A stretch of 64,000 nt of DNA, taken from Eubacteriales bacterium (GTDB lineage Bacteria > Bacillota > Clostridia > Oscillospirales > CAG-382). The DNA lies in the NCBI GenBank assembly GCA_045531135.1, contig JAZSDL010000024.1:730-64729 (forward strand), given 5' to 3'. Below are positions 50,706 to 60,487 of this stretch, piece by piece. Made by a program: the position numbers and the translations under genes. Position 1 is the first letter of the stretch; every line of letters begins with the position of its first letter. The notes beneath the pieces are model-generated. The model searched no databases. It was not told the origin of the DNA and saw only the letters and a program-made list of their open reading frames with translations.

Positions 50706-51098
50706 CTAATTATTCTCCGATTCTTTCTTTTCTATATAACCCAAAACCTCAATTGCGGTTTGTAAACACTCTGCCACCTCATATTCATCAACCTCGTCGG
50801 GAATATCGGCAGGGTATCGTGTTTCAATGTAGAATTGATTTACAAAAGCACAATCCTTTGTGAAAATCCTCATTTCTTCGTCAATTCTCGCGCAACGTCG
50901 TATAAGGAAAACGAGACTGTGTCCCTCAAGGAGCTCCTTTGTGTTCTTTAAAACAAAACCCTTTAGCATCTTTTCTATCGCCTGCTGGCAATGAAACGCA
51001 ACCAAAGAATTATCGGCCTCTGCCGCGAACAAGATCTGCGCTCCTCTCAGATCGGTTCTGGCTTTTTTGTACCAATCAAGATATCTTCGGCTGTCCAT
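50706..51098 (-). CDS. HEPN domain protein (partner of the upstream nucleotidyltransferase)
   Basis: All-helical. AFHCQQAIEKMLKGF....GHSL....FYIETRYP is typical of the HEPN family paired with minimal NTases. ATG 51098 follows GGAGGG; the alternative start is 51134. Confidence 0.8.
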   Translation of the reverse strand: MDSRRYLDWYKKARTDLRGAQILFAAEADNSLVAFHCQQAIEKMLKGFVLKNTKELLEGHSLVFLIRRCARIDEEMRIFTKDCAFVNQFYIETRYPADIPDEVDEYEVAECLQTAIEVLGYIEKKESENN

Positions 51099-51378
51099 AT
51101 AAAACCGTGCCCTCCTTGAATATCTTGCTCGCAAAGCTTGTTTCGTCTGCGATACACATTCTCCATTCTTGCGGGGTGTAAATAAGAATGTCTATCGGTA
51201 ATTCGGATTCGATATCGGCGGAAATTGTAGCGGCAAGACGTCTCTTTGATGTTGCTTCGGCAACAATACAGATATCAATGTCGCTTTGATCTCTTTCGGT
51301 GCCTTTTGCACGTGAACCGAACAAAATTATCAACTCTGCGCCGTACGAAACCGCAGTTTCGATAATGCTGTCAAACAT
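51076..51378 (-). CDS. Minimal nucleotidyltransferase (MNT, pol-beta superfamily)
   Basis: LFGSRAKGTERDQSDIDI = GSx(n)DxD NTase signature. 100 aa. AGGAGG SD 6 nt upstream. 3' end overlaps the HEPN start. Confidence 0.85.
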   Translation of the reverse strand: MFDSIIETAVSYGAELIILFGSRAKGTERDQSDIDICIVAEATSKRRLAATISADIESELPIDILIYTPQEWRMCIADETSFASKIFKEGTVLYGQPKIS

Positions 51379-51405
51379 ATTCCGCCTCCTTTGTTTTGAT
51401 GCTTA

Positions 51406-51434
51406 ATTATACTATTTTTCGTTAAACATGTCAA
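51406..51434 (-). promoter_or_regulatory. Consensus sigma-A promoter for the MNT-HEPN-kinase operon
   Basis: Minus strand reads TTGACA (51434-51429), 17 nt, TATAAT (51411-51406). Confidence 0.65.
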
Positions 51435-51440
51435 GTGTAC

Positions 51441-51480
51441 AAAACAATAACGGTTGTCGCAAAAACACGACAACCGTTTT
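51441..51480 (-). terminator. Terminator after the GNAT gene
   Basis: cggttgtcg / cgacaaccg 9-bp stem, followed on the minus strand by ttattgtttt. Confidence 0.6.
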
Positions 51481-51483
51481 GTG

Positions 51484-51897
51484 TTATAGATTTTTGATCA
51501 GCATACAGTGGGGACATCCTTCCTCAAAATCGCGCTCGCCGGTGTCGGTATAGCCGATTTTTAAGTAAAATGCTTTCGCCTGATCCTGCGAATGAATATA
51601 AATGCTTTTTCCGTTATTCAAGCGGATAATTTCCTCGGCTTTTGATACGATCAATGAGCCGAGCCCTTTTCCGCGATGACTGCTTTTTACGGCAATTCTG
51701 CCGATAAAGTAATTCCCATCGGGCTTTCTTATGATTCTGCAGGTGGCAGCCGCCTCATTGTCAAGATATCCGACAAGATGTATTGCAGTGGAATCGTCGC
51801 TGTCAAATTCCTCGGTAAACCCCTGCTCATCAACAAACACCGCCGTGCGTATTTCCTTGGCATCGTTCGGCAGATAATCGAATATTTCTATTCTCAT
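51484..51897 (-). CDS. GNAT-family N-acetyltransferase
   Basis: [18 protein letters not shown] acetyl-CoA motif A. ATGA overlap with the glyA stop. Confidence 0.85.
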   Translation of the reverse strand: MRIEIFDYLPNDAKEIRTAVFVDEQGFTEEFDSDDSTAIHLVGYLDNEAAATCRIIRKPDGNYFIGRIAVKSSHRGKGLGSLIVSKAEEIIRLNNGKSIYIHSQDQAKAFYLKIGYTDTGERDFEEGCPHCMLIKNL

Positions 51898-53132
51898 TCG
51901 TAGATAGGGTGCGCGTTACAAAGCTTCTCAACTTCGGAAATAATATATTCCTTGCTGTTTTCAAAATCGGTTGCGGTAAGCTTGATAAGCTTTGCAACGA
52001 TTCTCATATCTTCTTCCTTAAAGCCGCGGGAGGTAACTGCGGGAGTACCAACACGAATACCGCTTGTAATAGTGGGCTTTTGGGGATCATCGGGTATAGC
52101 GTTCTTGTTAACGGTAATGTGTACCTCATCGAGATTGTGCTCAAGCTCCTTGCCGGTAACGCCCATGCTGCGAAGGTCGATAAGGATAAGATGGTTGTCG
52201 GTTCCGCCGGAAACGAGATCAAAGCCCTCTTCCTTCAATGCGATCTCAAACGCCTTTGCATTCTTAACGACCTGCGCCTGATATTCCTTGTATTCGTCGG
52301 TCAGCGCTTCGCCGAAAGCGACTGCCTTTGCAGCGATAATGTGTTCAAGAGGTCCGCCCTGAGTGCCGGGGAATATTGCCTTGTCGATCTGCTTTGCATA
52401 TTGCTCTTTGCAGAGGATAAGACCGCCTCTCGGACCGCGAAGTGTCTTGTGGGTGGTAGATGTAACAACGTCTGCATAGGGAACAGGGCTGGGATGCTGA
52501 CCTGCGGCAACAAGACCTGCAATGTGTGCCATATCTACCATAAGAATGGCACCGACCTTGTCGGCGATCTCTCTGCAACGCTTGAAATCAATGATTCTGG
52601 GATATGCGCTTGCGCCTACAACGATCAGCTTGGGCTGACAGTCGATAGCGATCTGCTCCATTTTATCGTAATCGATTCTGTGGGTTTCGGAGTCAACGCC
52701 GTAGGGGACAACGTTGAAATATTTACCCGAAATATTAACGGGAGACCCGTGCGAAAGGTGTCCGCCGTGTGCGAGATTCATACCCATAACGGTGTCGCCG
52801 GGCTGAAGGAACGCAAAGAATACAGCAAGGTTGGCACTTGCACCGCAATGGGGCTGTACGTTTGCGTGCTCTGCACCGAATAATTTTTTTGCACGTTCGA
52901 TAGCGATGGTTTCCAGCTTGTCAACCTCTTCGCATCCGCCGTAATATCTGCGTCCGGGATAACCCTCGGCATATTTGTTGGTAAGAATAGTTCCTGCAGC
53001 GGCAAGTACGCTTTCGCTAACGATATTTTCGCTTGCGATAAGCTCTATATTGCGCTTCTGACGTTTTAATTCGCTGTCAACCGCAGTTGCTACTTCGGGA
53101 TCTACGGAATACAGATAATCGATGTTCTTCAT
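51894..53132 (-). CDS. glyA: Serine hydroxymethyltransferase
   Basis: [18 protein letters not shown]-lysine motif, 412 aa. Confidence 0.97.
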   Translation of the reverse strand: MKNIDYLYSVDPEVATAVDSELKRQKRNIELIASENIVSESVLAAAGTILTNKYAEGYPGRRYYGGCEEVDKLETIAIERAKKLFGAEHANVQPHCGASANLAVFFAFLQPGDTVMGMNLAHGGHLSHGSPVNISGKYFNVVPYGVDSETHRIDYDKMEQIAIDCQPKLIVVGASAYPRIIDFKRCREIADKVGAILMVDMAHIAGLVAAGQHPSPVPYADVVTSTTHKTLRGPRGGLILCKEQYAKQIDKAIFPGTQGGPLEHIIAAKAVAFGEALTDEYKEYQAQVVKNAKAFEIALKEEGFDLVSGGTDNHLILIDLRSMGVTGKELEHNLDEVHITVNKNAIPDDPQKPTITSGIRVGTPAVTSRGFKEEDMRIVAKLIKLTATDFENSKEYIISEVEKLCNAHPIYE

Positions 53133-53173
53133 TTTAGTACCTCTTGTATTTTAACTATTATATTAACTAATGT

Positions 53174-54670
53174 TTAATTGAAAACCGCTAAGGTTTTTTC
53201 AAGATCCGATTCTACAATATCAGCTATTGATTCAAGCGAGGAGGAGAATGTCTGCTGACCGCTCATCGCAACATTGTTAAGGAATCCGCCGATAGAGTTC
53301 TCGGTTCCGCCCCAATTAAATACAATGCCCAAGTCATAAACACGCTCGTCGAATATTTTGTCGAGCATAGCTTCGCTTTCGTCATCCTGAATCTTGCGTA
53401 GTTTCAGAATGATCTCAAAATATGCTTCCTTGGTGGTTTTGGTAGATGCCTCACACATTGCCTGCAAAATGATAGCGGACATTTCCTTATCGGGTGCGCT
53501 TATCGGAATAGCCGCGCAGGTTGCGTACAGAGTAGAAACCAGAGAATGATAGGAATCCTGATCCTCGTTGTACTTAGGAACGGGAAGAATACCGAAGTTG
53601 CAATCGTATTCTCCGAGATCGATAATGTCTATTATAGCCATTGCTCTGAACAGAGCGAGCTCGTTTGCTACCGATTCGGTTGCCGCATCCCAAACGCTTC
53701 CGCCGGCAGCGGTTGCAGAGGATGTATATGTGCTCGAGGAGGAGTCGATTATGCCGGTTGCATTTGTATCGTTTACAAGCTCAAATATCTTATTGAATAT
53801 CGGGAAAGCGGATTCCTGCTCCTCAATCAGCGCGATGTAGGGAATGTCGTCATCATCTTTGCCTGTCAAGGAATTGCCGGATCCGACGTACATCGAGGTT
53901 ACAAAGTTACTGTTAATAAGGAATCCGTATCTGTCGGTATAGGACATACCCTCGGTTCCGTCGATGTCGGCAGTGATAAGCGTTGCCATTTCACGAAGCT
54001 TATCGATAGTCCATTTTCCGTCGGAAACAAGGTCATAAGGATTCTCAAGATCGTTCTTGCTTACAAGATCCTTGTTAAAAACGATCGCGTGGGTGCAGGC
54101 AAGCGTGAGCAAGCTGATATCACCGGTTGCAAAATAATTCTTGTTGTTTATCGAAAGACTTTCGGTGGCATTGTTGTCCCAACAGGGCTTTTCAAGATTT
54201 ACGTATTGTGTGTCGTTGAGTAAAACAAACGCATCTTCCAACGAAAGTGTTGCGGCTTCGGGAATATACGGCATAACGATGTCATAGTCCGAAACGTTTG
54301 AAAAAGCCGCGTTTCTTACAAGAGTGATCATATCCTGCTCTTGCGTAGTACGTACTTCCTCGATCTTTACGTTGAATTTAGACTCAACTAATTCGTTACG
54401 GCGTTTGATATTCTCGTTAAGAATTTCGGGCGAGTTCTCTTGTGCAGTGATCTCGATCGATTTATAGTCATTCCAGTGGTCGCCGGGGACAAGGAAGGTA
54501 ACGGTGGCTCCGTCGTAGTCCTTTTCGGGAAGACCTGCAAAAAGCTCTTCGGCGGCAGAAACCTCGGACGAAGCACCGCTTTCGTCGCTGTCATTCTTAC
54601 ATGCGGACAAAAGGGTAACAACCATGCAAAGTACAATCAAAAGGGTAAAGAATTTCTTTGAACTGTACAT
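53174..54670 (-). CDS. Extracellular solute-binding lipoprotein (ABC-type, family 1-like), no adjacent permease/ATPase genes
   Basis: Signal peptide with lipobox LLSAC followed by a Ser/Asp-rich linker. 498 aa, the size of sugar/oligosaccharide binding proteins. Confidence 0.7.
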   Translation of the reverse strand: MYSSKKFFTLLIVLCMVVTLLSACKNDSDESGASSEVSAAEELFAGLPEKDYDGATVTFLVPGDHWNDYKSIEITAQENSPEILNENIKRRNELVESKFNVKIEEVRTTQEQDMITLVRNAAFSNVSDYDIVMPYIPEAATLSLEDAFVLLNDTQYVNLEKPCWDNNATESLSINNKNYFATGDISLLTLACTHAIVFNKDLVSKNDLENPYDLVSDGKWTIDKLREMATLITADIDGTEGMSYTDRYGFLINSNFVTSMYVGSGNSLTGKDDDDIPYIALIEEQESAFPIFNKIFELVNDTNATGIIDSSSSTYTSSATAAGGSVWDAATESVANELALFRAMAIIDIIDLGEYDCNFGILPVPKYNEDQDSYHSLVSTLYATCAAIPISAPDKEMSAIILQAMCEASTKTTKEAYFEIILKLRKIQDDESEAMLDKIFDERVYDLGIVFNWGGTENSIGGFLNNVAMSGQQTFSSSLESIADIVESDLEKTLAVFN

Positions 54671-54711
54671 AAAATAACCTCCTGATCAGTTTTGTATTAA
54701 TAAGACAATAT

Positions 54712-54740
54712 ATTGTATCAAATTATTGTCTGTTCGTCAA
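54712..54740 (-). promoter_or_regulatory. Promoter for the SBP-glyA-GNAT unit
   Basis: Minus strand reads TTGACG (54740-54735), 17 nt, TACAAT (54717-54712). Confidence 0.55.
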
Positions 54741-54757
54741 GTTTTTGTTTATTTTTT

Positions 54758-54786
54758 TTGACAATTAGATTATATTATGGTATAAT
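54758..54786 (+). promoter_or_regulatory. Consensus promoter with extended -10 for phoH-ybeY-era-recO-mutS2
   Basis: TTGACA (54758-54763), 17 nt, TGgTATAAT (54778-54786). Confidence 0.65.
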
Positions 54787-54826
54787 CAGAAAAAATAAGG
54801 TGTATTTGAATTTGGAGTATGCTTTT

Positions 54827-55843
54827 ATGTTTGAAAAATCGATCCCCGATCTCTCGATAGATTTCGTTTTGAAGCTGTTTGGCACGCTTGACGGCAATAT
54901 AGAAAATATCGAATCCGCTTTTTCGGTGTCTGTCGTTGCGCGGGAGGGCATTATCAAGATAAGCGGCGATAACGTCACCGACGTTAATATGGCCGCCTCC
55001 TGTATCGAACAGCTTGAGCGTGTCAGCCGACTTTCCGAGAGCATTGATGAAAATACCATAAATTACGTAATAACAATGGTACGCGAGGAAAAGGAAAGCG
55101 AGCTTGGCGCGATATATAACGATTGCATATGCCTTACAAATAAAGGCAAGCCGATAAAAGCAAAAACCGTCGGACAGCAAAAGTATGTTGATGCAATAAA
55201 CAATAATACGGTTGTTTTCGGCGTTGGTCCCGCGGGTACGGGCAAGACCTTTCTTGCCGTTGCCATGGCGGTCAATGCTTTAAAGAAAAAACAGGTTTCA
55301 AAAATAGTATTGACTCGCCCCGCTGTCGAGGCGGGCGAAAAGCTTGGCTTTCTTCCGGGAGATCTGCAGAGCAAGATAGATCCCTATCTTCGCCCTCTTT
55401 ACGATGCCTTGGGCGAGATGCTCGGCAACGAGAGCTTTAAAAATTGCGGAGAAAAGGGAATTATCGAGATAGTTCCGCTTGCTTATATGCGCGGCAGAAC
55501 TCTTGATGATGCATTTATAATTCTTGATGAGGCACAGAACACAACGCCCGAGCAGATGAAAATGTTTCTCACACGTTTGGGTAACAACAGCAAGGCGATC
55601 ATTACGGGAGATATAACCCAGGTCGACCTGCCGTATCTGAGAAAAAGCGGGCTTATCGATGCACTTGAGATCCTTGACGATATCAAGGGTATCAGCATTT
55701 TCCGCTTTAGTCATAAGGATGTTGTGCGCCATCCGCTTGTTCAAAAGATAATCCTCGCTTACGAAAAGCGCAACCGCGAGCAATCAGCAAAACGGGATGA
55801 TTCTCGTGGTAGACAAGCATTTAAAAGGAGCGTTAAGGAATGA
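54827..55843 (+). CDS. phoH: PhoH-like ATPase
   Basis: GPAGTGKTFLAV Walker A and ILDEAQN Walker B. ATG 54827 follows TGGAG; the listed start 54713 runs through the promoter. Confidence 0.9.
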   Translation: MFEKSIPDLSIDFVLKLFGTLDGNIENIESAFSVSVVAREGIIKISGDNVTDVNMAASCIEQLERVSRLSESIDENTINYVITMVREEKESELGAIYNDCICLTNKGKPIKAKTVGQQKYVDAINNNTVVFGVGPAGTGKTFLAVAMAVNALKKKQVSKIVLTRPAVEAGEKLGFLPGDLQSKIDPYLRPLYDALGEMLGNESFKNCGEKGIIEIVPLAYMRGRTLDDAFIILDEAQNTTPEQMKMFLTRLGNNSKAIITGDITQVDLPYLRKSGLIDALEILDDIKGISIFRFSHKDVVRHPLVQKIILAYEKRNREQSAKRDDSRGRQAFKRSVKE

Positions 55844-56286
55844 TAAGAATTTATTTTGATGTTCTTACCGAACCCATCCCCAAGCTGTACGAGACGCTTA
55901 TGAAGCGCGTTATAAGACGCGCGGTGTCCGAGCAGTACCCCGACCACAAATTCGAAATCAACGTCACCGTTTGTGATGATGAGGAAATAAGAGCGATAAA
56001 TAAGGAGCACCGCGGTATAGACCGTCCGACCGACGTGCTCTCGTTCCCGTTTCTCGATTTTGATACACCCGAGGTTTTGACGCTTTTGGGAGATATTATC
56101 ATCTCGCGTGATACCGCCTACCGTCAGGCAGAGGAATACGGACATTCCGCAAAGCGTGAGTTTTGTTTTCTTGCGGCACATTCCGCGCTTCATCTTTTGG
56201 GATACGATCACGAAACCGAACCCGAAAGGGAAGAGATGGAAGCAAAGCAACGCGAAATATTAGACGAACTCGGAATCAAGAGGTAA
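55840..56286 (+). CDS. ybeY: rRNA maturation endoribonuclease YbeY
   Basis: HSALHLLGYDH zinc motif. Confidence 0.95.
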   Translation: MIRIYFDVLTEPIPKLYETLMKRVIRRAVSEQYPDHKFEINVTVCDDEEIRAINKEHRGIDRPTDVLSFPFLDFDTPEVLTLLGDIIISRDTAYRQAEEYGHSAKREFCFLAAHSALHLLGYDHETEPEREEMEAKQREILDELGIKR

Positions 56287-56288
56287 AT

Positions 56289-57179
56289 ATGACAAAAACA
56301 GCATTTATAATGATAGCGGGCAAGCCCAACGTGGGAAAAAGCACCCTTCTCAATACGCTTTTGGGCGAAAAGGTGGCGATAGTTTCACGCAAGCCGCAAA
56401 CCACCAGAAACAGAATTACCGGTGTTCTCACCAAAGGAGAGAACCAGTACGTATTCACCGACACTCCCGGTCTGCATAAGCCAAAAACCCTTTTGGGCGA
56501 ATATATGATGAAATCGGTCGGTAACGTAGCCGATTCATCCGATATCGTGCTTTTTGTCGTCGAGGCAGGCACCGAGCTGAATGCCAACGAAAAATCGGCA
56601 CTTGACAAATATAACGCATCGGGCTTGGATGTAATACTTGTAATCAATAAAACCGACCGCGCAAATAAAGTTAAACTCGCCGAGCAGATAATGGAGCTTT
56701 CAAACACATATTCGTTCCGCGCGGTCATACCCGTTTCGGCACTTTCGGGCGACGGTGTTCAGTACATTCTTGACGAGCTTGATCCGCTTCTTGTCGAAAG
56801 CGTGCATTTCTTCCCCGAGGATTATATCACCGACCAGCCCGAACGAAAGATATTTGCCGAGCTTATCAGAGAAAAGGTCTTGCGCCTGCTTGATGATGAG
56901 ATACCCCACGGTGTTGCCGTTTCCGTAGAGGATTTTTCCGAGAAAAAGGGTCTGCTTTCGGTTCGCGCCGAGATCTATTGCGAGCGTGAATCTCACAAGC
57001 GGATCATTATAGGCAAAAACGGAGCAATGCTCAAAAAAATCGGCTCCTACGCGCGTGAGGATGCCGAAAACCTTTTCGGCACCAAGGTCTTCCTCGATCT
57101 TTGGGTAAAGGTCAAGGAAAATTGGCGCGACCGACCCTCGCTTCTCTCCGATTTCGGATTTAAGGACGAGCTTGAGTAA
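56289..57179 (+). CDS. era: GTPase Era
   Basis: GKPNVGKSTL, DTPG and NKTD G-motifs plus a C-terminal KH domain. ATG 56289. Confidence 0.95.
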   Translation: MTKTAFIMIAGKPNVGKSTLLNTLLGEKVAIVSRKPQTTRNRITGVLTKGENQYVFTDTPGLHKPKTLLGEYMMKSVGNVADSSDIVLFVVEAGTELNANEKSALDKYNASGLDVILVINKTDRANKVKLAEQIMELSNTYSFRAVIPVSALSGDGVQYILDELDPLLVESVHFFPEDYITDQPERKIFAELIREKVLRLLDDEIPHGVAVSVEDFSEKKGLLSVRAEIYCERESHKRIIIGKNGAMLKKIGSYAREDAENLFGTKVFLDLWVKVKENWRDRPSLLSDFGFKDELE

Positions 57180-57931
57180 TGCGCCATAAGATAAAGGGTA
57201 TCGTTATACGCGAAGCGCCAAAGGGCGAAACAAGCAAGCTTTTAACGGTATTGACATCAACGTTAGGCGTGATTACCGTAAACGCAAAGGGCGTACGAAA
57301 GCTGTCATCTGCATATCTCAAATCGGCTCAGTTGTTTGCGTTTTCGGATATGCTGCTCTATGAGAAAAACGGTTTTTATACGCTTACCGAGGCGGCGCTT
57401 ATTGCCGATTTTTATCCTCTGCGTGAGGATATAAAAAATTATTCGCTCGCTTCTTATTTTTGCGAATCGGCATCGGTTTTTGCTATTCCGGGAGAGGAAT
57501 CGGCAAAGATATTGCGGCTGCTGCTCAATTCGCTCTATGCGCTCGAAAAGGGTGTGTGCTCGCGCAATCAGATCAAAGCCGCGTTTGAGCTTCGTCTGTG
57601 TGCCGAGTGCGGTTATCTGCCCGAAACCGATGTCTGCTCGGAATGCGGAGAAGAATTGATCGGACATGATTTTCTTTTTCATATCACAGGCGGACTTTCG
57701 TTTTGCGGTAACTGCGCATCGGTCGGATATGATTATACGTTAATTCCAAATGCGGTAGGGCAGGCGATCAACCATATTACCGAAAGCGAGCTTTCGCGTT
57801 TTCTTTCGTTCAGAATAGGCGAAAGCGATATGTCGGTGCTGTCTGCCGTTGCCGAGAAATTTATGCTGTCACATGCAGAACGCGGATTCAAAACCCTGTC
57901 GTTCTATAAGCATTGTGAAGAATTACCATGA
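57179..57931 (+). CDS. recO: DNA repair protein RecO
   Basis: OB-fold N-terminus and zinc motif CSECGE...CGNC. Confidence 0.9.
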   Translation: MRHKIKGIVIREAPKGETSKLLTVLTSTLGVITVNAKGVRKLSSAYLKSAQLFAFSDMLLYEKNGFYTLTEAALIADFYPLREDIKNYSLASYFCESASVFAIPGEESAKILRLLLNSLYALEKGVCSRNQIKAAFELRLCAECGYLPETDVCSECGEELIGHDFLFHITGGLSFCGNCASVGYDYTLIPNAVGQAINHITESELSRFLSFRIGESDMSVLSAVAEKFMLSHAERGFKTLSFYKHCEELP

Positions 57932-60324
57932 AAGGTTTTAAAATGAAGGGCTTTCCTAAAGCAAAAACAGTATTGGAATACGATAAAATAATTAATTACG
58001 TTTCATCCTTTGCTGTTACAAATATTGCAAAAGAGCAGGTGCTCCAATACGAACCGTCAACGGATCCGTATGTTATAACTCGCCTGCTTGACGAAACCGA
58101 GCAGGCATTGGAACTGCTTGTTTTAAAGGGCTCTCCGACATTTTCTGCGCCCGAGGGCGTCGTCGATTCTGCTGACAGAGCCGAAAAAGGAGCCATGTTA
58201 ACGCTTCCCGAGCTGTTAAATATCGCATCTATGCTTCGTGCCGTCGGATATGTAAAAAAATATCCCGAGGGCAAGGAGCTTCCTGCGCTGTTTCCGTATT
58301 TTTCCGCATTAACGGAATCGCGTTCGCTTGCCGATGAGATTTCGATGAAGATAATCGGTGAGGATATGATAGCCGATGATGCTTCACCCGAGCTTTACCG
58401 TATTCGCCGTGATATCCGCCGCGCCGAGTCGAGCGTGCGTGATATTCTTGCGAGCATCACAACAGGTGAACACTCAAAGTATCTTATGGATGCGGTGGTT
58501 ACTATCCGTTCGGGTAGGTATGTTATTCCCGTACGCGCCGAGCACAAAAACGAGATAAAGGGGCTTGTGCACGATTCATCGGCATCGGGACAAACGCTGT
58601 TTATCGAACCGCTTGCGGTGCTCGAGGCAAACAATAAATTGCGTGAGCTTAAGGGCAGAGAAGCCGAGGAGATCGAAAAAATTCTTTACGATCTTTCGTC
58701 AAAGGTGGCATCAAACGCACATTTGATTCGTGTTGATCATAAAGCGATGACCGATCTCGACTGTATTTTTGCCCGTGCAAAGTATTCGTCGGATATTATG
58801 GGTATGCGCCCGAAAACCGGCGCAAAAGCAATTAAACTCGTTCGGGCAAGACATCCGCTTATACCTAAAAGTAAGGTCGTTCCTATATCTGTCGAATTTG
58901 GGGATAAAGAAAATGCGCTGATAATAACAGGCCCCAACACCGGCGGTAAAACCGTCACGCTAAAGACCTTGGGCTTGCTTGCGTTAATGGCGCAGAGCGG
59001 CTTGTATATCCCGTGTGACGATGGAAGTACGCTCCCTGTGTTTGACGGTGTTCTTGCGGACATCGGTGATGAACAGAGCATCGAGCAATCGCTGTCTACC
59101 TTTTCGTCTCATATGGTCAACGTCGTTTCGATTTTAAAAGAATGCTCAACCGGCTCGCTTGTTTTGTTCGATGAGCTTGGCGCGGGGACCGATCCCACCG
59201 AGGGCGCTTCGCTCGCTATCGCCATTTTGGAGCGAGTGCGTGCATCCGGTGCTATAGTTGCCGCAACAACGCATTATTCCGAAATAAAGGTGTATGCACT
59301 CGATACCGAGGGTGTGTTAAACGCATCGTGTGAATTTGATATTGCTACTCTTAAACCGACTTACCGACTTATTACGGGTATCCCCGGAAGAAGTAATGCT
59401 TTTGAGATATCGCTAAGATTGGGCATGGATGCATCGGTAATCGATAGGGCAAAGGATCTGCTTGCAGAGGATAACGTTCGCTTCGAGGACGTTATAGTGC
59501 GCCTTGAGGAGACCGAGCAGGATCTTCGCAAGGAACGTACCGAGACCGAGCGTGCACGTGCCGAGGCACAGCGTATCAGCGAAGAGGCGAAGAAATACGC
59601 AAAAGAGGTTCAGGATCGCGCAGAGGCAGAGCTTGACCGCGCACGTGCTCAGGCACAGCGTATTCTCGATGCCGCAAAAGCATCGAGCAATCAGGTGTTC
59701 GAGCAGCTTAATGAGCTTAAAAGGGCAGATGCTAAGCGCCTTGAGCTCGCTCGTATCGAGGAAGCCAGAAAGGCGATCCGACAGAATATCAAGGATACCT
59801 CTGCCGCTATCTCGGATGCCGAGGAATTTGAGGTGGATGAGGAGGATTATGTATTGCCCCGTCCGCTTGAGGTGGGCGATAAGGTCATGCTTGCCGATAT
59901 CGGTAAAGAGGCAATCGTTAAGAGCATCTCGGGCGAAACGGTATACTGCTCTATGGGCAGATTGGAAAGCAAGACAAATATCAAAAACATCCGCCTTCTT
60001 GCTAATGCCGCCGCTGTCGAAAAGCAAAAAAGCAAGGGAAGGGCGCAGTATACCCACAACCTTTCGTCTGTTCGGAGCGAGATCGATGTCCGCGGAAATA
60101 CCGGTGACGATGCATGGTTTATTATAGACCGTTATCTTGATGATGCGATCCTTGCAGGGCACGAAAACGTATATGTCATTCACGGTAAGGGGACCGGTGC
60201 ATTACGTGCGGCTTTGTGGCAATTCTTCCGTCAGGATAAGGCGCGCATACGCTCCTTCCGTTCAGGAAGATACGGCGAGGGCGATTTGGGCGTAACCGTG
60301 CTTGAATTAAAAATCAAAAAGTAA
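57928..60324 (+). CDS. mutS2: Endonuclease MutS2 (MutS domain + C-terminal Smr)
   Basis: ITGPNTGGKT Walker A, DELGAGTDP, and Smr motif IDVRG...VIHGKGTGALR. Confidence 0.95.
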   Translation: MKGFKMKGFPKAKTVLEYDKIINYVSSFAVTNIAKEQVLQYEPSTDPYVITRLLDETEQALELLVLKGSPTFSAPEGVVDSADRAEKGAMLTLPELLNIASMLRAVGYVKKYPEGKELPALFPYFSALTESRSLADEISMKIIGEDMIADDASPELYRIRRDIRRAESSVRDILASITTGEHSKYLMDAVVTIRSGRYVIPVRAEHKNEIKGLVHDSSASGQTLFIEPLAVLEANNKLRELKGREAEEIEKILYDLSSKVASNAHLIRVDHKAMTDLDCIFARAKYSSDIMGMRPKTGAKAIKLVRARHPLIPKSKVVPISVEFGDKENALIITGPNTGGKTVTLKTLGLLALMAQSGLYIPCDDGSTLPVFDGVLADIGDEQSIEQSLSTFSSHMVNVVSILKECSTGSLVLFDELGAGTDPTEGASLAIAILERVRASGAIVAATTHYSEIKVYALDTEGVLNASCEFDIATLKPTYRLITGIPGRSNAFEISLRLGMDASVIDRAKDLLAEDNVRFEDVIVRLEETEQDLRKERTETERARAEAQRISEEAKKYAKEVQDRAEAELDRARAQAQRILDAAKASSNQVFEQLNELKRADAKRLELARIEEARKAIRQNIKDTSAAISDAEEFEVDEEDYVLPRPLEVGDKVMLADIGKEAIVKSISGETVYCSMGRLESKTNIKNIRLLANAAAVEKQKSKGRAQYTHNLSSVRSEIDVRGNTGDDAWFIIDRYLDDAILAGHENVYVIHGKGTGALRAALWQFFRQDKARIRSFRSGRYGEGDLGVTVLELKIKK

Positions 60325-60326
60325 AC

Positions 60327-60359
60327 AAAACCGTCGGGGATTTGATCCTCGGCGGTTTT
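60327..60359 (+). terminator. Terminator after mutS2
   Basis: aaaaccgtcgggg / cctcggcggtttt stem with two wobbles. Confidence 0.55.
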
Positions 60360-60411
60360 AACTTGCAACGCTCGGTTGTATTTTTACACTTTATAATAAA
60401 CTTTGCGGTTC

Positions 60412-60440
60412 TTGAAATAATATTCAGGTATTGTTATAAT
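60412..60440 (+). promoter_or_regulatory. Promoter with extended -10 for the XRE-TPR regulator
   Basis: TTGAAA (60412-60417), 17 nt, TGtTATAAT (60432-60440). Confidence 0.55.
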
Positions 60441-60487
60441 GTAATCAAGATAAGTGCTTATCAATCTGAATAAAGGTGGATTGGTTT

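Noticed and set aside
51909-52883. 324-aa plus-strand ORF opposite glyA
   Set aside because: glyA on the minus strand carries the PLP-lysine motif and is full length. The plus-strand ORF is a shadow ORF.
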